Part shown: positions 27,332 through 39,960 of the stretch, piece by piece
Position numbering within the stretch: the first letter of the stretch is position 1
Layout: the number at the start of each line of letters is the position of its first letter
From: Azolla caroliniana
Lineage: Eukaryota; Plantae; Polypodiophyta
Assembly: GCA_043228905.1 (NCBI GenBank)
Contig: JBHGNT010000013.1
Location: forward strand, 12,276,001 to 12,340,000
DNA length: 64,000 nucleotides
Direction of reading: 5' to 3'
Notes under the pieces: generated by a model
What the model saw: the letters and a program-made list of their open reading frames with translations, nothing else
The model's database searches: none
Told to the model about the DNA's origin: nothing
Translations under genes and position numbers: made by a program

Positions 27332-30300
27332 GGTCAAGTATTAGAGATCTAGGTACTAAAGTAAGCTTAAGATAAGGATAAACTAATGATAGATAGAAAG
27401 GAGAAAGAGAAAGAAGGGTGCCGATCCACCCGACCACCCCCGAGCGAAGGGATCGAGACGGACTCGAGCCTCGATCAGCGTCCCATACCACCGCCGTGGC
27501 GTTGAGTCGTACCTGGTGCTGGCGCGCTCGCTACAAGAGTTGACCCACCACAAGAGCAGAGTCTCGATGTAGTAAAAAAGATGATCAAATGAGGGTAGCT
27601 AGGCCTCTTATTTATAGCGATACCCAAGGCCCCCAGGCAAGTTCACACTTGACCTAATGGGTTGTCTCAATCCCGAGGATTAAAAGTAATCCTCCCCTTC
27701 TTTACACTCTCGTTTAACCCTCACACTTATCCACGTGTATAGAATACTACGGTAATTTCTCACCACGGGATATTAAATGGTCATGCCTGTAACATCCTCC
27801 CCTTCTTTAAAACATTGCACCCTTGCAATGGAAAGTTAGGGAAGTTTGTTCTTAGAGTATTCTCGCGTTCCCATGTGGCATCTTTGATAGATTTGTCCAT
27901 CCATTTAATTTTAAATTCTCGGATTTCTTTAGTACGTAACTTTTTTGTTTTAACATCGAGAATTCTTTTTGGTACATGTGGTTTCGAAGATAAATCTTCA
28001 GAAGTAACCAGACTTTCAGTTGTGACTGTGTTGTCGCTAGAACCTAGAAGTTCTTTTAGACGACTCACATGGAAGACTGGATGAATTCCAACACCATCGT
28101 GAAGAGCGAGACGATAGGCTGATGACCCAATGCGTTTGAGGACTGTAAAAGGCCCACAAAACTGTGGGTCTAACTTAGCGCACTTACCCGTAGACAATGT
28201 CTTAGAATTGTGAGGTACCCGTAAAAATACCTTCCGTCCAGGGTTGAATACACAAGGTTGCCTATGATGGTCGGCATAAAAACACGCTCTATCTTGAGCT
28301 GTTTTTATATTATTTTGTGCAATATGCAACATATCTTGCATATCCCGAAGAAAGTTTTGCGTACTTCGTAACTCATCATGATGTATATTAACATCAATCG
28401 GGGCTCGTGGCTGAAAACCATACATCAACATAAAAGGACTATATCCCGTCGACGTATGCTTGGAGCTGTTATAAGCAAACTCCAAAATTGGGAGATAATG
28501 TTCCCATTTTGTTGGTTTTGCACCAACGTATGCTCGAAGCATGTCCTCAATAATTTGATTTACTCGTTCTGTCTGTCCATCGGATTGAGGATGATCCGTG
28601 GAGCTCATGCTCAATGTAGTTTCTAACTTCTTAAAGACTTGCGTCTAGAAGTCACTAGTAAACTTTGGATCTCGATCACTCACGATATCCATCGGTAACC
28701 CATAAAAACGAAATAATTCGTCAACGAATTGGTAAGCCAATTCAGGAGTTGTTACCGTGGTTTTAGTAGCAATAAATCTGGCCATTTTAGTTAGTCGATC
28801 AACGACAACCCAGATGGCATCATAACCTTTTTGGGTGCGAGGAAGGCTAACAATAAAATCCATGGATATACTTTCTCACTTATTATTGGGAATGTCCAAG
28901 GGATGTAAAAGTCTTGCGGCTTTAAGTCGCTCGGCTTTGTTAACCTGACACTGGTGACATTTAGTCACATAGCTATGTATGTCAGGACGCATCTTAGGCC
29001 AATAAAATTGAGTGGAGATGAGAACAAGTGTACGATGTATTCTAGGGTGCCCGGACGAGGGTGCATCATGGCATTAAAAAAGAATCCTCTTTTTGACCTC
29101 GAGTAAATCTGGAACACAAACCTTCCCATTACGGTAGAGCAAACCGTTAGCAATGTGGAAGTATTCCTTCGAGGATGTGGTGGTGTCTATTCCAGACTCA
29201 ACTCTTGCCCTGTATTTTGCAAAATAACTGTCATCAGGATACTTTCCTCGAAGGTGATCATAAAGATCTGATGTTAGTTTAGTGAAGCTAAGCATGTTAA
29301 CTTCACGGATGCGACTTAGTGCATTAGTGACAATGTTCATGGAACCTTTACGTTATCGTATGGAAAAATCAAAGTCCTGGATGAGATCAGCCCATCGTGC
29401 CTTACGACCTTTTAGGTCTTGTTGGTCACAAAAATATTTCAAGGACTCGTGGTCCGTAGTTACCACAAAGCGATTTCCATAAAGATAATGGCGCCATGTT
29501 TTGAGCGCATGTATAACTGCAAATAATTCCTTTTCTTGAATGGTATACCGACATTGAGCAGAATCAAGTTTCTTACTCTCGAATGCTATTGGTTTACCAT
29601 CTTGATATAAGATAGCACCTATAGCATAATCGCTTGCATCGGTTTTAACCTCAAAAGGTTTTGAAGGATCAGGTAAAAGACGTGAAGGAGCCTTGCAAAC
29701 CAGGTCCTTGAGTTCCTTAAAGGCGAGGTCTAGTGTAGCATTCCACACAATAGGTTTTGTAGACTTACGTGTTTGACCTTTTAAAAGATCAGTAAACGGC
29801 GTCGTCACTTGGGAGTAATTACGAAGAGATTTTCGCAAAAACCCGACAAAACCAAGGAATGATCGAACTTCTCAAATATTCTGAAGAGTGGGCCAAAGCT
29901 TGATTTTCTCGATGCGAGAAGGATCAATTTCAACTCCTCGTTCGGTTATGAGATGTCCAAGATAAGTAATTGATTTCTTGAAGAACTCACATTTTGAGAT
30001 CTTCGCGTAAAACTGTTTATCCCGCAATGTTTATAAAACAAAGCGGACATGTTTAGCATGTTCTTGTAATGTACAACTATAAACTAAAATATCATCCAAG
30101 AAAATAACGACAAATTTTCCAAGTTGTTCTCGGAAAATGTCATTCATTTCTTGTTGAAATGTAGCCAGAGCATTGGTCAAACCAAAAGGCATAACCAAAA
30201 ACTCATAATGGCCATAACGCGTACAAAATACCGTTTTAGGAACATCGTCCTCACTTATACGTATTTGATGGTAGCCAGTACGGAGATCAAGTTTCGTAAA

Positions 30301-32270
30301 ATACCGAGCTCCCTGGAGACGGTCAATTAGATCGTCAGCCCGGGGCAATGGATACGAATTCTTGATCGTCACTTTATTCAAGCGTCGGTAATTAATACAC
30401 ATACGCCATGTGCCCTCTTTCTTTTTAACCAAGAGAACTGGTGCACCCCATGGAGATTTACTATAACGTATATAACCCATTCGTAAATAGTCCTTGAGTT
30501 GCTTAGATACCTCATCCTCTTCGGATCGACTTAAGTGATAAGGAGGTATACTTATTGGTGCAACACCAGGTACAATATCTATACGATGGTCTATATTACG
30601 TTAGGAGGTAAGCCATCTGGTAGTTCACTCGGAAAAACATCACGAAAATCATTTAAGATTTCATCAAGTTGTTGTTATTCAAAATATGTTAATTGAACCG
30701 AGACATTATCGATATTATAAACGTGAATGTCCGGATCAAGTACACAATAAAATAGAGTAGAACAAGACAACTCGGATATTGATGGACACGAGGAAACAAT
30801 CGAGAGGGATTGTTTTTTTACACATTGAATAAAATGAGTACAATTGTTCAGCACAAATGTAATTGAATGATGAACCCAATCAATAGATAAAGAAGAGTTT
30901 TTATTATAAAACCAAGGATAACCCAGTATTACATCAGTGGTACAAAGATTCATTACATGGAAGTCTACTTCCTCTATATAAGTATCAATAGAAATTCCTA
31001 ATGAATGAATCGCCCCGTTGATGTATTGTACTCTTTCATCAGCCAAGTGCACCGTGTAGGTGTGATCACTTACGGTGGGTTGGATTCCCCATATCTGAAC
31101 CAAATGATCATTCACAAAATTGTGTGAGCTTCCCGAATCAAATAAAAATTGCACGGGAGATCCATTGATATACCCGTTTGCACGTTGTAAATCATTGGGA
31201 CCCAATACATAGTGAGGGAAAGAACATTGACAATTACTTAAATGATGTGTATAGACCTGAAGGACATTAGGAATTTGACCTTTATGGTCTGCAGCTTTAG
31301 CTTTGTTGTCGTGCTCTTTCCGTTGGAGCTTTCGACGTTGATCTTTTGTATGACCCTTCTTTTTGAAGAATACGCAAAAGGGATGTTGTCGCTTACAATC
31401 GTGATCCATGAATTCATTGGGTGTCTTGCGTTTCCCAACGAATTGCGACTGCTTAGTCCCGTGCGCTTCGTTGGGTTTGTTGTGGTCCTTCTTCGAAGTG
31501 CGTTGATAGTGAAGAACTATTTCAATGGCCTCTTCGAAGGATTTTGGATCCTTATCGTGCACTATCCAGTGATAGTCCGAATTGGGGATGCCATTGACAA
31601 AGCAAGCTATCAACCAATTGTCCCCTTCTAGACCCGATTTTTGGATTTGGGTTCTAGCATGGTGAACATAGTCTTCTAGCGAGGAAAATTTCTTGCTAGA
31701 GAGGTTCATTAAAGCTTGTGCTGCCTTGGTTCGAGAGGGAGGTTGTAGAAATTGGCACTTAAAAACCGTGACAAAATCTGTCCAAGTATCGAGCAATTTC
31801 CCCATTGTACGGAGCCCACGCCACCAGGCGGAGGCCTTACCCTCGAGTTCTCGGCCGACATATGCAATCTTCGTACTATCTAGCGTGGGATAGAGCTCAA
31901 AATGAGACTCCCATCGTCCCAGCCATGTGCAGATTGCTTATTCGGTTCTTTCCTTTTTGTCTCCCGTAAATGGCTTAACAACAAATGATGGTTCACCTTG
32001 TCGCTCATCAAGTCTATTAGTCTCACGTTGTAGACTAATGACACGTGCCTCAAGAGCACTCTGAGATTGCCGAAGTTCGGTCATCTGTTGAGCGGTGAAA
32101 CTAAGGTATTGGGTTATTTGTGCCAAATACATCCCAGTGGACATTTGTCCAGGAGGATTCCCTTGAGTTCCTTCTGCTTGAGCGGATGACATCGGGTCGT
32201 TAATTTGAGCCATTAAAGATTATTTCTGGAAAAGAAATAGGATAAGGTTAGAGAGATAGTCATAACATCA
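27332..32270 (-). mobile_element. Degenerate Ty3/Gypsy chromovirus (gag-PR-RT-RH-IN-chromodomain). 3' LTR approx 27332-27794; 5' LTR missing
   Basis: [25 protein letters not shown]...VIFLDD, RH TDASDYAIG, IN SDRDPKF/HPQSDGQTER, chromodomain KWMDKSIKDATWE; PPT AAGAAGGGGAGGA before TGTTACAGG; many stops and frameshifts. Confidence 0.9.
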
Positions 32271-34386
32271 TGTCGTGATGTAAACATATCATGGGCAAAC
32301 ATTAATCGATATCATGATCTCACGTCAATACCCCTCTAGACGTATGAGATGAGGTTCAAGATCAGGTTACTATGGTAACACAAAGGTGTTTTAAAAACCA
32401 TGGGGGCGACAATTTAATGTCTTTCCTTGATCTCTATATCGATTTTTTCATGGCGGCTCCCCGAGGCTCAACCATGTATGTTCGCGTCATGAGTAGTTTA
32501 TACACGAAAAAAATGTTAACAATAAATTACGTTTCTTTGCCCACATATGTGGTTTTGGCTCTTTAAGTCCTATTACGAGGACCCCGAGGTGCACTTAGAC
32601 CTTAAGTCTAAACATGTGTTATAGTCATATGTATCAAGGATGTTGTATGGTCTTGGTCATATTTGAACTCGAGACCTCGAGAACAAATATATTAAACACT
32701 TGAGCCAACCAAGTAAGTTGCTCTTCTCGAATGCTTAATGTTTGATGCGTATAAGAGATATGCGAGGCATTTGATCATATATGTTTTTTTATAAGAACAT
32801 ATATGTCAAGGGTCCTTATTTCGCCCTCATTTACCAAAACTATGTTGGTATGTTACCTAACCTCAAGTCTCGTAATTACGATGGCATACGCCAAAGTGCA
32901 ACCTAATGGTCAAGCCAAATGAGCCCTCGTTTTGTAGTAGGCCCACGTGGCCCATCACATGGTCACGTCATTACAAATGCCTCTCGTAAGAACGAGCTCA
33001 TGGTGGCATTGTATCCATGTAATGAGGGAGGGATGTTGGATACGTGTGTCATTGGAGCGACCTCACTTTAAGTGGGTCAAGCCCTATGTACTCAACATAA
33101 TTATGGCTATAGGCGTTTCTTTACGTAACGAAATTGAGGTCATCATAGTGTGTGATGGCAAAAAATCGTGAGGGAATCTCTGACAGAAACAGCTATCTTA
33201 ACTATTGATGTAACTGACCCTCCTTGAGGTATGAAAGGAGGGGAAGAAAGTTGTTTTGGGTATTGGTCATTTTGGAGGGGAAAGTGATGTCAGATTGGGG
33301 AGCAAAGCGCATTGGGTTTTTACTCCGTGTATTCACTTAGGTGGGTGAGGCCTTTACTCGCGTAGGAAGCCCCTGTGCTCCCGACTAGAGGCTCACTGGT
33401 GTGTGTGGGTTCCGAGCTCGAAGCTTTGTTGTTAGGTCTGAGGGCTAACATTGTATTCTTTTCAACATTTAATCGATTATTGATAGTTCTTGTGTCTGTT
33501 CCGATGTGTGTGTGAGTTAGATCGGTCCATCTGATTGTGTTCAGAATCATCTCTTCTGTCTTCTATGTTTGGGAAGGGGCTGTCTCTTCCCTCTTCTGTT
33601 TTGCGCATACTTGGTTGAGTTTGTGAGCCCATCAACTCATCTTCCAGAATTCGATAACAAAGCCGGATCAGATACGGTTCCGTGAGCCCGCTGTCGAGGT
33701 TTTCCTCGCGGATACGTGGAATGAGGCGGGACCTCGGGGGTCCTGTACCAAAGAGCAAGAGAGAAAGGAGAAGATGCCCACTACGGGCGAGAGTAGATTC
33801 ACAGGGACACGACCCTTCGACGCAAGGACGTGAGTGGGACAGCGACACAGGAAGACACAAACGTATGTATGTGTTAACAAACGACAAACGACACAACACA
33901 GAGTCGGTTACAACCGAACAGGCCGGCGAACAGATGCCGATACCTGTTCGTAAACGCACAGAAAGGCAGGAGCAGGCTGAAGGTGCTGCCGGGAGCACTC
34001 GGGCATTCCTCAGAGTAGCGCGAGCCTCCCGAAACCTGCACAGAAGGAAGCTATGGAGTTTGCGAACCAGAGAGAGAGAGAGAGAAGCCTTTGCACGCAA
34101 ACCGACAGCACTTCGTCCTCGACTCTCCGCGATCCCTCTACCCTCCTCGTCTCCCTCCTTTTATAGGCAAGGAAGGAGCCGTTTCCCCTTTACTCCCTAC
34201 CTACTGAATCTACCTAGGATCTCCTATGTACAACTTAAGGCGCACGTGCATGAAGAGTCGGTTTCTACGCTCCGGTGCACAGATTCCGCTTGTGGACGGT
34301 TTTCTTCACGACATCCGGCCCCACCTAACCGCGCATCCACCGGCATGTGCCAAATTGTGTTGGGACGGAGAAAACCGGTCCAGCCT

Positions 34387-37300
34387 TCATTCCCCGCCCG
34401 TCGGTTCTTCCTCGGTTTCGGATCGTTCGTCGTCCCGGTCCAGGTTCACCGGATCCGGCTCGTTGTCGTGACGCTTCTTGAACGCTTTGATCCGCTTCCC
34501 AGCTACCGGTATCGCTATTCTTGTGCCGTCGAGTTCCGCCAGATGGTACGTCCCGTTGTCGTTGGCGCTTTGTACCACGTAAGGCCCGAACCACCTTCTT
34601 GCGAACTTCCGTGTCGCTCGGTGCTGGTTGTCGAGGCTGCTGTCGTAGACTAGCACCCAGTCGCCTTCCTCGATCCTCTTCGGTCTTCGCTCGAGCTGTC
34701 GTATGCGCGCCGCCAACAGTTCCTCCCGGCTCATCTCGTCTCTCCAGTCCACGGTTGCCGAAGAGGAGATCGTGCGTTCCATCGGCATGATCGGCTTCTG
34801 CCCAAACATCAGCTCTGCCGGCATGAATCCGGTTACCGAACTGTGCATAGTTCGGTCCGCCCACAACGCGTAAGGCAACAACCGTGGCCAGTTCCCGACT
34901 TGACCTCCGCATGCTCGAACTAACGCCTTGACGATCGGTCCGTGTCCGCGCTCCACCTTTCCATTCGCCTCCGGATTGTACGCAGTGGTAAGAGAGAGCT
35001 TGACTCCTAGCCGGTCGAGCAGCTCCTCGGCCTCTTCAGCGTCCAGCTCCCCGCGATCGGCCACGATCTTCCCGACACACCCGTACCGGCATATCACGTC
35101 CTCGATCAGGAACCGACATACGACCACAGTCGTTTTGTTCTGAAGGGCTCGGCCTTCCACTTGGTTCGTCAGATCTTCCCGAGCCAGGACAAGATACCGC
35201 ATCTGTCCGACTCCCATTGGCATGGTCACCAGATCTACCATCCATTTGAAGTGGATGGTCGGAGGGTACGTAGGGTGAAGTTCGTCCCGATGTCGGACTA
35301 TGGAGTGCATCTGACAGCTCTCGCAAGTTGTCACGAACCGATGCACGTCCCGGTACAGTCCCGACCACCAGTACTTCCCCTTTATCTTCTCGAACGTGGC
35401 CCACGTTCCACGGTGTCCAGCCCAAGGGCTGTCGTGGTAGGCCGTCAGCAGTTCTTCCTGTTCTTCCTTCATCGCCACCACCCGGAGCGGGACGCCGTTC
35501 CTCTTCTTCGGGTGCTTCCATAAGTATCCGTCCTGGAGAAAGAATCGATATGCTTTCTTCCGGATCCGGTTGGCCTCGTCCTTCGTCCATGACGCATCCG
35601 GCGTCATTGTCCTAAAAAATCCACCGATCTGTAGCCACTCGCCGTTGTACTTGCTCTCGTCGAAGCCGTTAAGTGCCGGAGTGCTCGCCCCGTCGGTCGT
35701 CACGTACGCCGCCTCGAAGAAGTCCACGCCGACTTCTTCGCCCTCTGAAACCATGCTGCCCTCGTCATCAAACCTCGCCCTCGAAAGCATGTCGGCCATG
35801 GCGTTGTCTTTTCCGGAAATGTGTCGTATTTCCGGGTCCAGGGACTTGATGTACGCTATCCACCTGAGCATCGCCAGGTCCGGTGTCGCGCATCCAGAAA
35901 CCATGCCGAGAATCGGCAGGCAATCCGTCTCGATAACCACTTCCGTCCCGATCAGGTAATCTTTGTCGGCCTTTACTGCCGAAACGATACCCCAGAGTTC
36001 GCGTTTAACCTGGGCGTACCCTCGCTGTCGTTCACTGAGGACCTTCGTGCCGAATCGGATCGGGAACCGAATGCCGTTCTTGTCCTCTTGGTTGACGACC
36101 CATCCGATCCCGGTCGGACTCGTATCCACTGTTATGTATACCGGGGTACCCTTCCCGTAGACAGCCTTCTGGAGCGCCGGTGCTGCCGCAAGAGCTTCCT
36201 TCAGGTTCCGGACCGACTCCGTGTGCTCGTCTCGCCATTCGAATTTTCGCCCTTTCTTCAACAACCCGTATAGCGGCTCCGCAACGTGGGCGTAATGCGG
36301 GATCCATATGTGGTAGAATGTGCATGCCCCCAGGAACCTCCGAACTTCCATAACCGAGCTACAGTCGGTCTTCATCACGGAGATGGCTTCTACCTTTGCC
36401 GGAGACGGCTTCCGGCCATATGGTCCACATAGGTGTCCGACCACCAGGATTTCCGATTGCCGGAAGGCCGATTTCTCCCCGGAGAAGGTGAGCCTCACAT
36501 CCTCTAGCCTTTGTAGTACCTTCTCGCAGTCGTCGATGTGTGTCGCCACGAATCGCCGGCATCCGTCCGGCCCGACTGTCTCATCCTTCTCCTCCACCGG
36601 GCACCCCTTTATCGGGATGTCGTCTAGAAATGGCATGGTGATGTCCGGGATGCAATCCCTCAGTACCTTGTTCATTGCATTCACCATGTGGGCCACCGAG
36701 TTGGTTCCTCCTTGTGGCAGGGTACACATTCGCACTAGGCCGAGGGGAGTTCGCATCATCATAATATCTCTGCTCTCCACGGCTAGCTGGAACTGGTCGT
36801 ACCCCGAGTACAGATCACCGACCGAGTAAATCGACCTTCCGGCGAAGGCCTCCGCGAACTCGTCTATGGTCGGTCCTATTCCTGCGTTCCGAATGGTCAC
36901 TCTGTTGACCGGCTGCAGGTCTTGAATGAAGCGCATCGTTCCGTTTTTCTTTGGTACGGTAAACCATCGGTTCGAGTATGGGGCACTCGACGATTCGAGA
37001 ATGCCCATATCTACTTTCTGCCTCAATAGCTCCATCAACTTCGGGATGTGAGCTCTCAGTACCGGGATCGGCTTGAGATTCCACGGCACATGCGGTACCG
37101 TGAATATCACCATCGGCTCCACGATCGTCGGGTCTACGCACCCGATCTCTTCCGGTGAGAATGCGAAGGCTTTCCTGTGCCTTCCGAGCATCCTCCGAAA
37201 CCGGTCTTCCTCCGCCGGCAGTAGGAACCCGCCCCCACCGATTTTGAGCTCCCGGAGCGTCCCGTCGGTGAAGGTGTGTCCTATGCAGGCCGGATCTCGT

Positions 37301-37797
37301 AAACTGGGGTCCGACGCAACCCCTCTGATCCGGGACTCGCTGCCCTCCGGTAAGGGTGCCGCGACTGGCCTTACCTTCCGGTCCACAACCTTGTACTTTG
37401 TGCTAACTCGGGCCGTCCGATCCGACCCAAGCCCCCGACTGAAGTTCGCGATGACTTCGTACATCTCTTCGGAACATACCGGTATCGTCCGGTCTTCGTT
37501 AAGGTCTTCTCTGGCAACCTTCCTCAGCATCCCCAAGGTGTCGTCGAAGTAGACCGCCTCAACGGCTCCGCTGATTTCCTCGTTCGGGCCGAGAACTCCG
37601 CACGCTCGAAGTCGCACTTCCGCCCTTGTCTTTTCTCGCCCAACGATGCCGACTATCATGCACCCTCCGTTGTCGGAGAAGCAGAATTTTCTACCTATCG
37701 TACAAGGTTTCTTCGGTTTCTGTTCTATCGTACAGCTGTGGGGTCTTTCCCGAGTGTCCGGACTGTCTCGGCCCCACGCCTTGGCAGCCCTCTCTAA
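34387..37797 (-). CDS. pol: Element 1 RT-RNaseH-integrase ORF, in the -1 frame relative to gag-PR
   Basis: DLYSGYDQF, LPQGGTNS, PFLDD; RH VDTSPTGIG; IN HHCC and D-D-E core; frame is open from the slippery site. Confidence 0.92.
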   Translation of the reverse strand, partial: LERAAKAWGRDSPDTRERPHSCTIEQKPKKPCTIGRKFCFSDNGGCMIVGIVGREKTRAEVRLRACGVLGPNEEISGAVEAVYFDDTLGMLRKVAREDLNEDRTIPVCSEEMYEVIANFSRGLGSDRTARVSTKYKVVDRKVRPVAAPLPEGSESRIRGVASDPSLRDPACIGHTFTDGTLRELKIGGGGFLLPAEEDRFRRMLGRHRKAFAFSPEEIGCVDPTIVEPMVIFTVPHVPWNLKPIPVLRAHIPKLMELLRQKVDMGILESSSAPYSNRWFTVPKKNGTMRFIQDLQPVNRVTIRNAGIGPTIDEFAEAFAGRSIYSVGDLYSGYDQFQLAVESRDIMMMRTPLGLVRMCTLPQGGTNSVAHMVNAMNKVLRDCIPDITMPFLDDIPIKGCPVEEKDETVGPDGCRRFVATHIDDCEKVLQRLEDVRLTFSGEKSAFRQSEILVVGHLCGPYGRKPSPAKVEAISVMKTDCSSVMEVRRFLGACTFYHIWIPHYAHVAEPLYGLLKKGRKFEWRDEHTESVRNLKEALAAAPALQKAVYGKGTPVYITVDTSPTGIGWVVNQEDKNGIRFPIRFGTKVLSERQRGYAQVKRELWGIVSAVKADKDYLIGTEVVIETDCLPILGMVSGCATPDLAMLRWIAYIKSLDPEIRHISGKDNAMADMLSRARFDDEGSMVSEGEEVGVDFFEAAYVTTDGASTPALNGFDESKYNGEWLQIGGFFRTMTPDASWTKDEANRIRKKAYRFFLQDGYLWKHPKKRNGVPLRVVAMKEEQEELLTAYHDSPWAGHRGTWATFEKIKGKYWWSGLYRDVHRFVTTCESCQMHSIVRHRDELHPTYPPTIHFKWMVDLVTMPMGVGQMRYLVLAREDLTNQVEGRALQNKTTVVVCRFLIEDVICRYGCVGKIVADRGELDAEEAEELLDRLGVKLSLTTAYNPEANGKVERGHGPIVKALVRACGGQVGNWPRLLPYALWADRTMHSSVTGFMPAELMFGQKPIMPMERTISSSATVDWRDEMSREELLAARIRQLERRPKRIEEGDWVLVYDSSLDNQHRATRKFARRWFGPYVVQSANDNGTYHLAELDGTRIAIPVAGKRIKAFKKRHDNEPDPVNLDRDDERSETEEEPTGGE

Positions 37798-37803
37798 AAA
37801 TCC
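37738..37803 (-). promoter_or_regulatory. Putative -1 ribosomal frameshift signal (G GAU UUU, 6-nt spacer, pseudoknot)
   Basis: Slippery site 37803-37797; stem GGGCUG/CAGUCC; loop GUGGGG complementary to downstream CCCCAC. Confidence 0.75.
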
Positions 37804-39920
37804 TCCTGGTTCTCGCCACCGAGGGATTCGCGGTTCCTCTCGTTGTTCGGTCTCACGGTCAGAAATTGGACCGAATGGCGCCCGTCCTGGCTTTTGACCC
37901 TTGCGTAGGCTGAACCGTTGTCTAGCACCTTGGTCTCCATTCGAGCCACCGTGATGTATGGTTCCCCTAATATGACCGGGTGCGAGGACGTCTCCTGTAC
38001 GAAGAAGTGCTGGTCAATCTCGACGTCGCCGATCTTGACTCGCACGTTCGGGCAGGCCCCATGTAGTTCCTCGGTGGCGCGCGTCGCCGCCCGTATCTTC
38101 CACCCATGCTTGGTGTTGATCGGCCACTTCCCCTTCTTATAGAAGTCCATGGACATCAGGTTTATTTTCGAACCGTGGTCCACCAGTGCCACCACCGGTT
38201 CCTGAACCTCTCCGATCTTTACCGGGGTCTCCGTGGTCGCTCGAGCCCAGTGTGGCCTCGAATAGTGGCTCTCCGCCCACTCATCTGCCAGCGCCGAGTC
38301 GTCGATGTGCGTCGTCCGCACCTCTACCGGTCTTTCCGGATCCATCTCCGTCGACAGCCTCTTCCGTTTCACCAAGTCTACAATGGAGTCGTGGAACTCC
38401 TTCTTGGCAATCCCTAACACCTCTCGCAATGTCAGCTCTACTTTGCTGTCGAGGATCCGTTCTTCTAGGACCTTTCGTAGGTCTGTAGTCCTTTCTATCT
38501 CCGTCCCCAGTCGGTATCCGCCCTTCCTGGGGTTATCTTGCGAGCTGGACCCGCCGGCATCGTTCCGTCGTTGCCCGAATCGGGTCTCGTATCGTTGTGA
38601 GGGCCCGACCGCTCCGGCTTTCCCCACTCGCTTGTCTTCTACCAGAGCCTCGTAGTTCTGGCAGGCGGCTTCTACGAAGCCCGTCTTCTCCTCGACCGGA
38701 TCGCTCCACCCGGTTATTTCCCGGACCCGTCTTTGAGCGCGGTCCGTTTCATCCTTCTTCAACCGTGCGCCGGCAAGACCTTCCAGCATTGCCGACCAGA
38801 ATCCGTCTTTGCCCTCCTTTCGGGCCTTGCTGCCCCCGACCCGAATGTCGGCCGACGCCGAGTAGTGGATTGCCTCCACGTGCCGGGCCGCTGCCTCTTC
38901 CATCAGTCTCTTCATACCTCCTCGTCCGTCGTTTCGGTTTAGGGCCCTTCTAGTGTCGCCGGCGTGCACCCGGCCTTCCCACAGGTACACCACCCGGTTC
39001 CTCAACGCTTCTGCGAAATCGCCGCAGTCCTTCCGGATGTGGCCGACCTCGTCGCACCACATGCACCTATTCCCTACTGCCGGCCGTCGGTCACGAGCTG
39101 GTTCGCCGCCTTCCCTTCGAGTCTGGGCGATCTGGAGATCCTTTATCGCCCGCGTCAACTCCTCCAGTGCTGCTCCTCCGGACGAGCCATTGACCATGCC
39201 GGTCGAAGCCGGACCGGTTTCGAGCCATTCCCGGGTCTCTTCCCTTCGCACTTGCGGTGCCGGTTCAAGCCTCCTTGCTGTGACAGAGCCCGCACCTGCC
39301 GCCCCGTTGTCAGCCCATTCTCGCCGTTTATCGAAACGGCCACAGACTCTCTTAACCGCAGCCCAGTCGGTTGTCAGCCCGTCCTCGGTTTCCAGCAAGG
39401 AGCCGACTTGGTCCCGGTCCCGCTCGTCCACCGACTTGACGAACAGTAGGACCCGGCTCGTATCCAGAACGGTTCGGTCAAGCGTCGAAAGGCGCGCAAA
39501 GCGTTCTTCGAACTCCCGGAGGAGTGCCGTTGCGTTTCTTCCCTTGCCGGGGAACTCCACCCATTCCATGAAGTCCCTTTTCGAAAGCCGGAGCGCGTCG
39601 TCCAACTCGTATTTTTCTAGGAGTCGGCCTTCGAACTCCTCCCAGGTACGGCTCTCCGCCCGCACCTCGAGCACCTCCGCATGGATGCTCGGCATCGCCA
39701 CTCGAGGAAACCCGGCAAGACGCCTCTCTTCCGGAATGTCCCGCATCAGCATTTCTGCCCCGTAGGACGCCAAATACTTCGTGGCATCCTTTCCGCTGAA
39801 CCGGCCGATCGTACCGACGACCGCCTCAATGGCTCTATCAAGGGCGCCGAAGCCCTCGCGTGCACTCAGTATCCGATCCACGGCCGAAGCCATGGCCTCT
39901 GCAAGATCCGACCCTTTCAT
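37794..39920 (-). CDS. gag-pro: Element 1 Gag-protease ORF
   Basis: ATG about 22 nt after the PBS; CCHC knuckle CMWCDEVGHIRKDC; aspartic protease LVDHGSKINLM...ILGEPY; ends GAT TTT TAG. Confidence 0.9.
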   Translation of the reverse strand: MKGSDLAEAMASAVDRILSAREGFGALDRAIEAVVGTIGRFSGKDATKYLASYGAEMLMRDIPEERRLAGFPRVAMPSIHAEVLEVRAESRTWEEFEGRLLEKYELDDALRLSKRDFMEWVEFPGKGRNATALLREFEERFARLSTLDRTVLDTSRVLLFVKSVDERDRDQVGSLLETEDGLTTDWAAVKRVCGRFDKRREWADNGAAGAGSVTARRLEPAPQVRREETREWLETGPASTGMVNGSSGGAALEELTRAIKDLQIAQTRREGGEPARDRRPAVGNRCMWCDEVGHIRKDCGDFAEALRNRVVYLWEGRVHAGDTRRALNRNDGRGGMKRLMEEAAARHVEAIHYSASADIRVGGSKARKEGKDGFWSAMLEGLAGARLKKDETDRAQRRVREITGWSDPVEEKTGFVEAACQNYEALVEDKRVGKAGAVGPSQRYETRFGQRRNDAGGSSSQDNPRKGGYRLGTEIERTTDLRKVLEERILDSKVELTLREVLGIAKKEFHDSIVDLVKRKRLSTEMDPERPVEVRTTHIDDSALADEWAESHYSRPHWARATTETPVKIGEVQEPVVALVDHGSKINLMSMDFYKKGKWPINTKHGWKIRAATRATEELHGACPNVRVKIGDVEIDQHFFVQETSSHPVILGEPYITVARMETKVLDNGSAYARVKSQDGRHSVQFLTVRPNNERNRESLGGENQEDF

Positions 39921-39942
39921 CTTCTGCTCTTCTGCCGCCTCC

Positions 39943-39960
39943 TTCACGTCGGGTTCACCA
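39943..39960 (-). promoter_or_regulatory. Primer-binding site complementary to tRNA-Trp 3' end
   Basis: TGGTGAACCCGACGTGAA 3 nt from the 5' LTR; complements plant tRNA-Trp ...TTCACGTCGGGTTCACCA. Confidence 0.85.
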
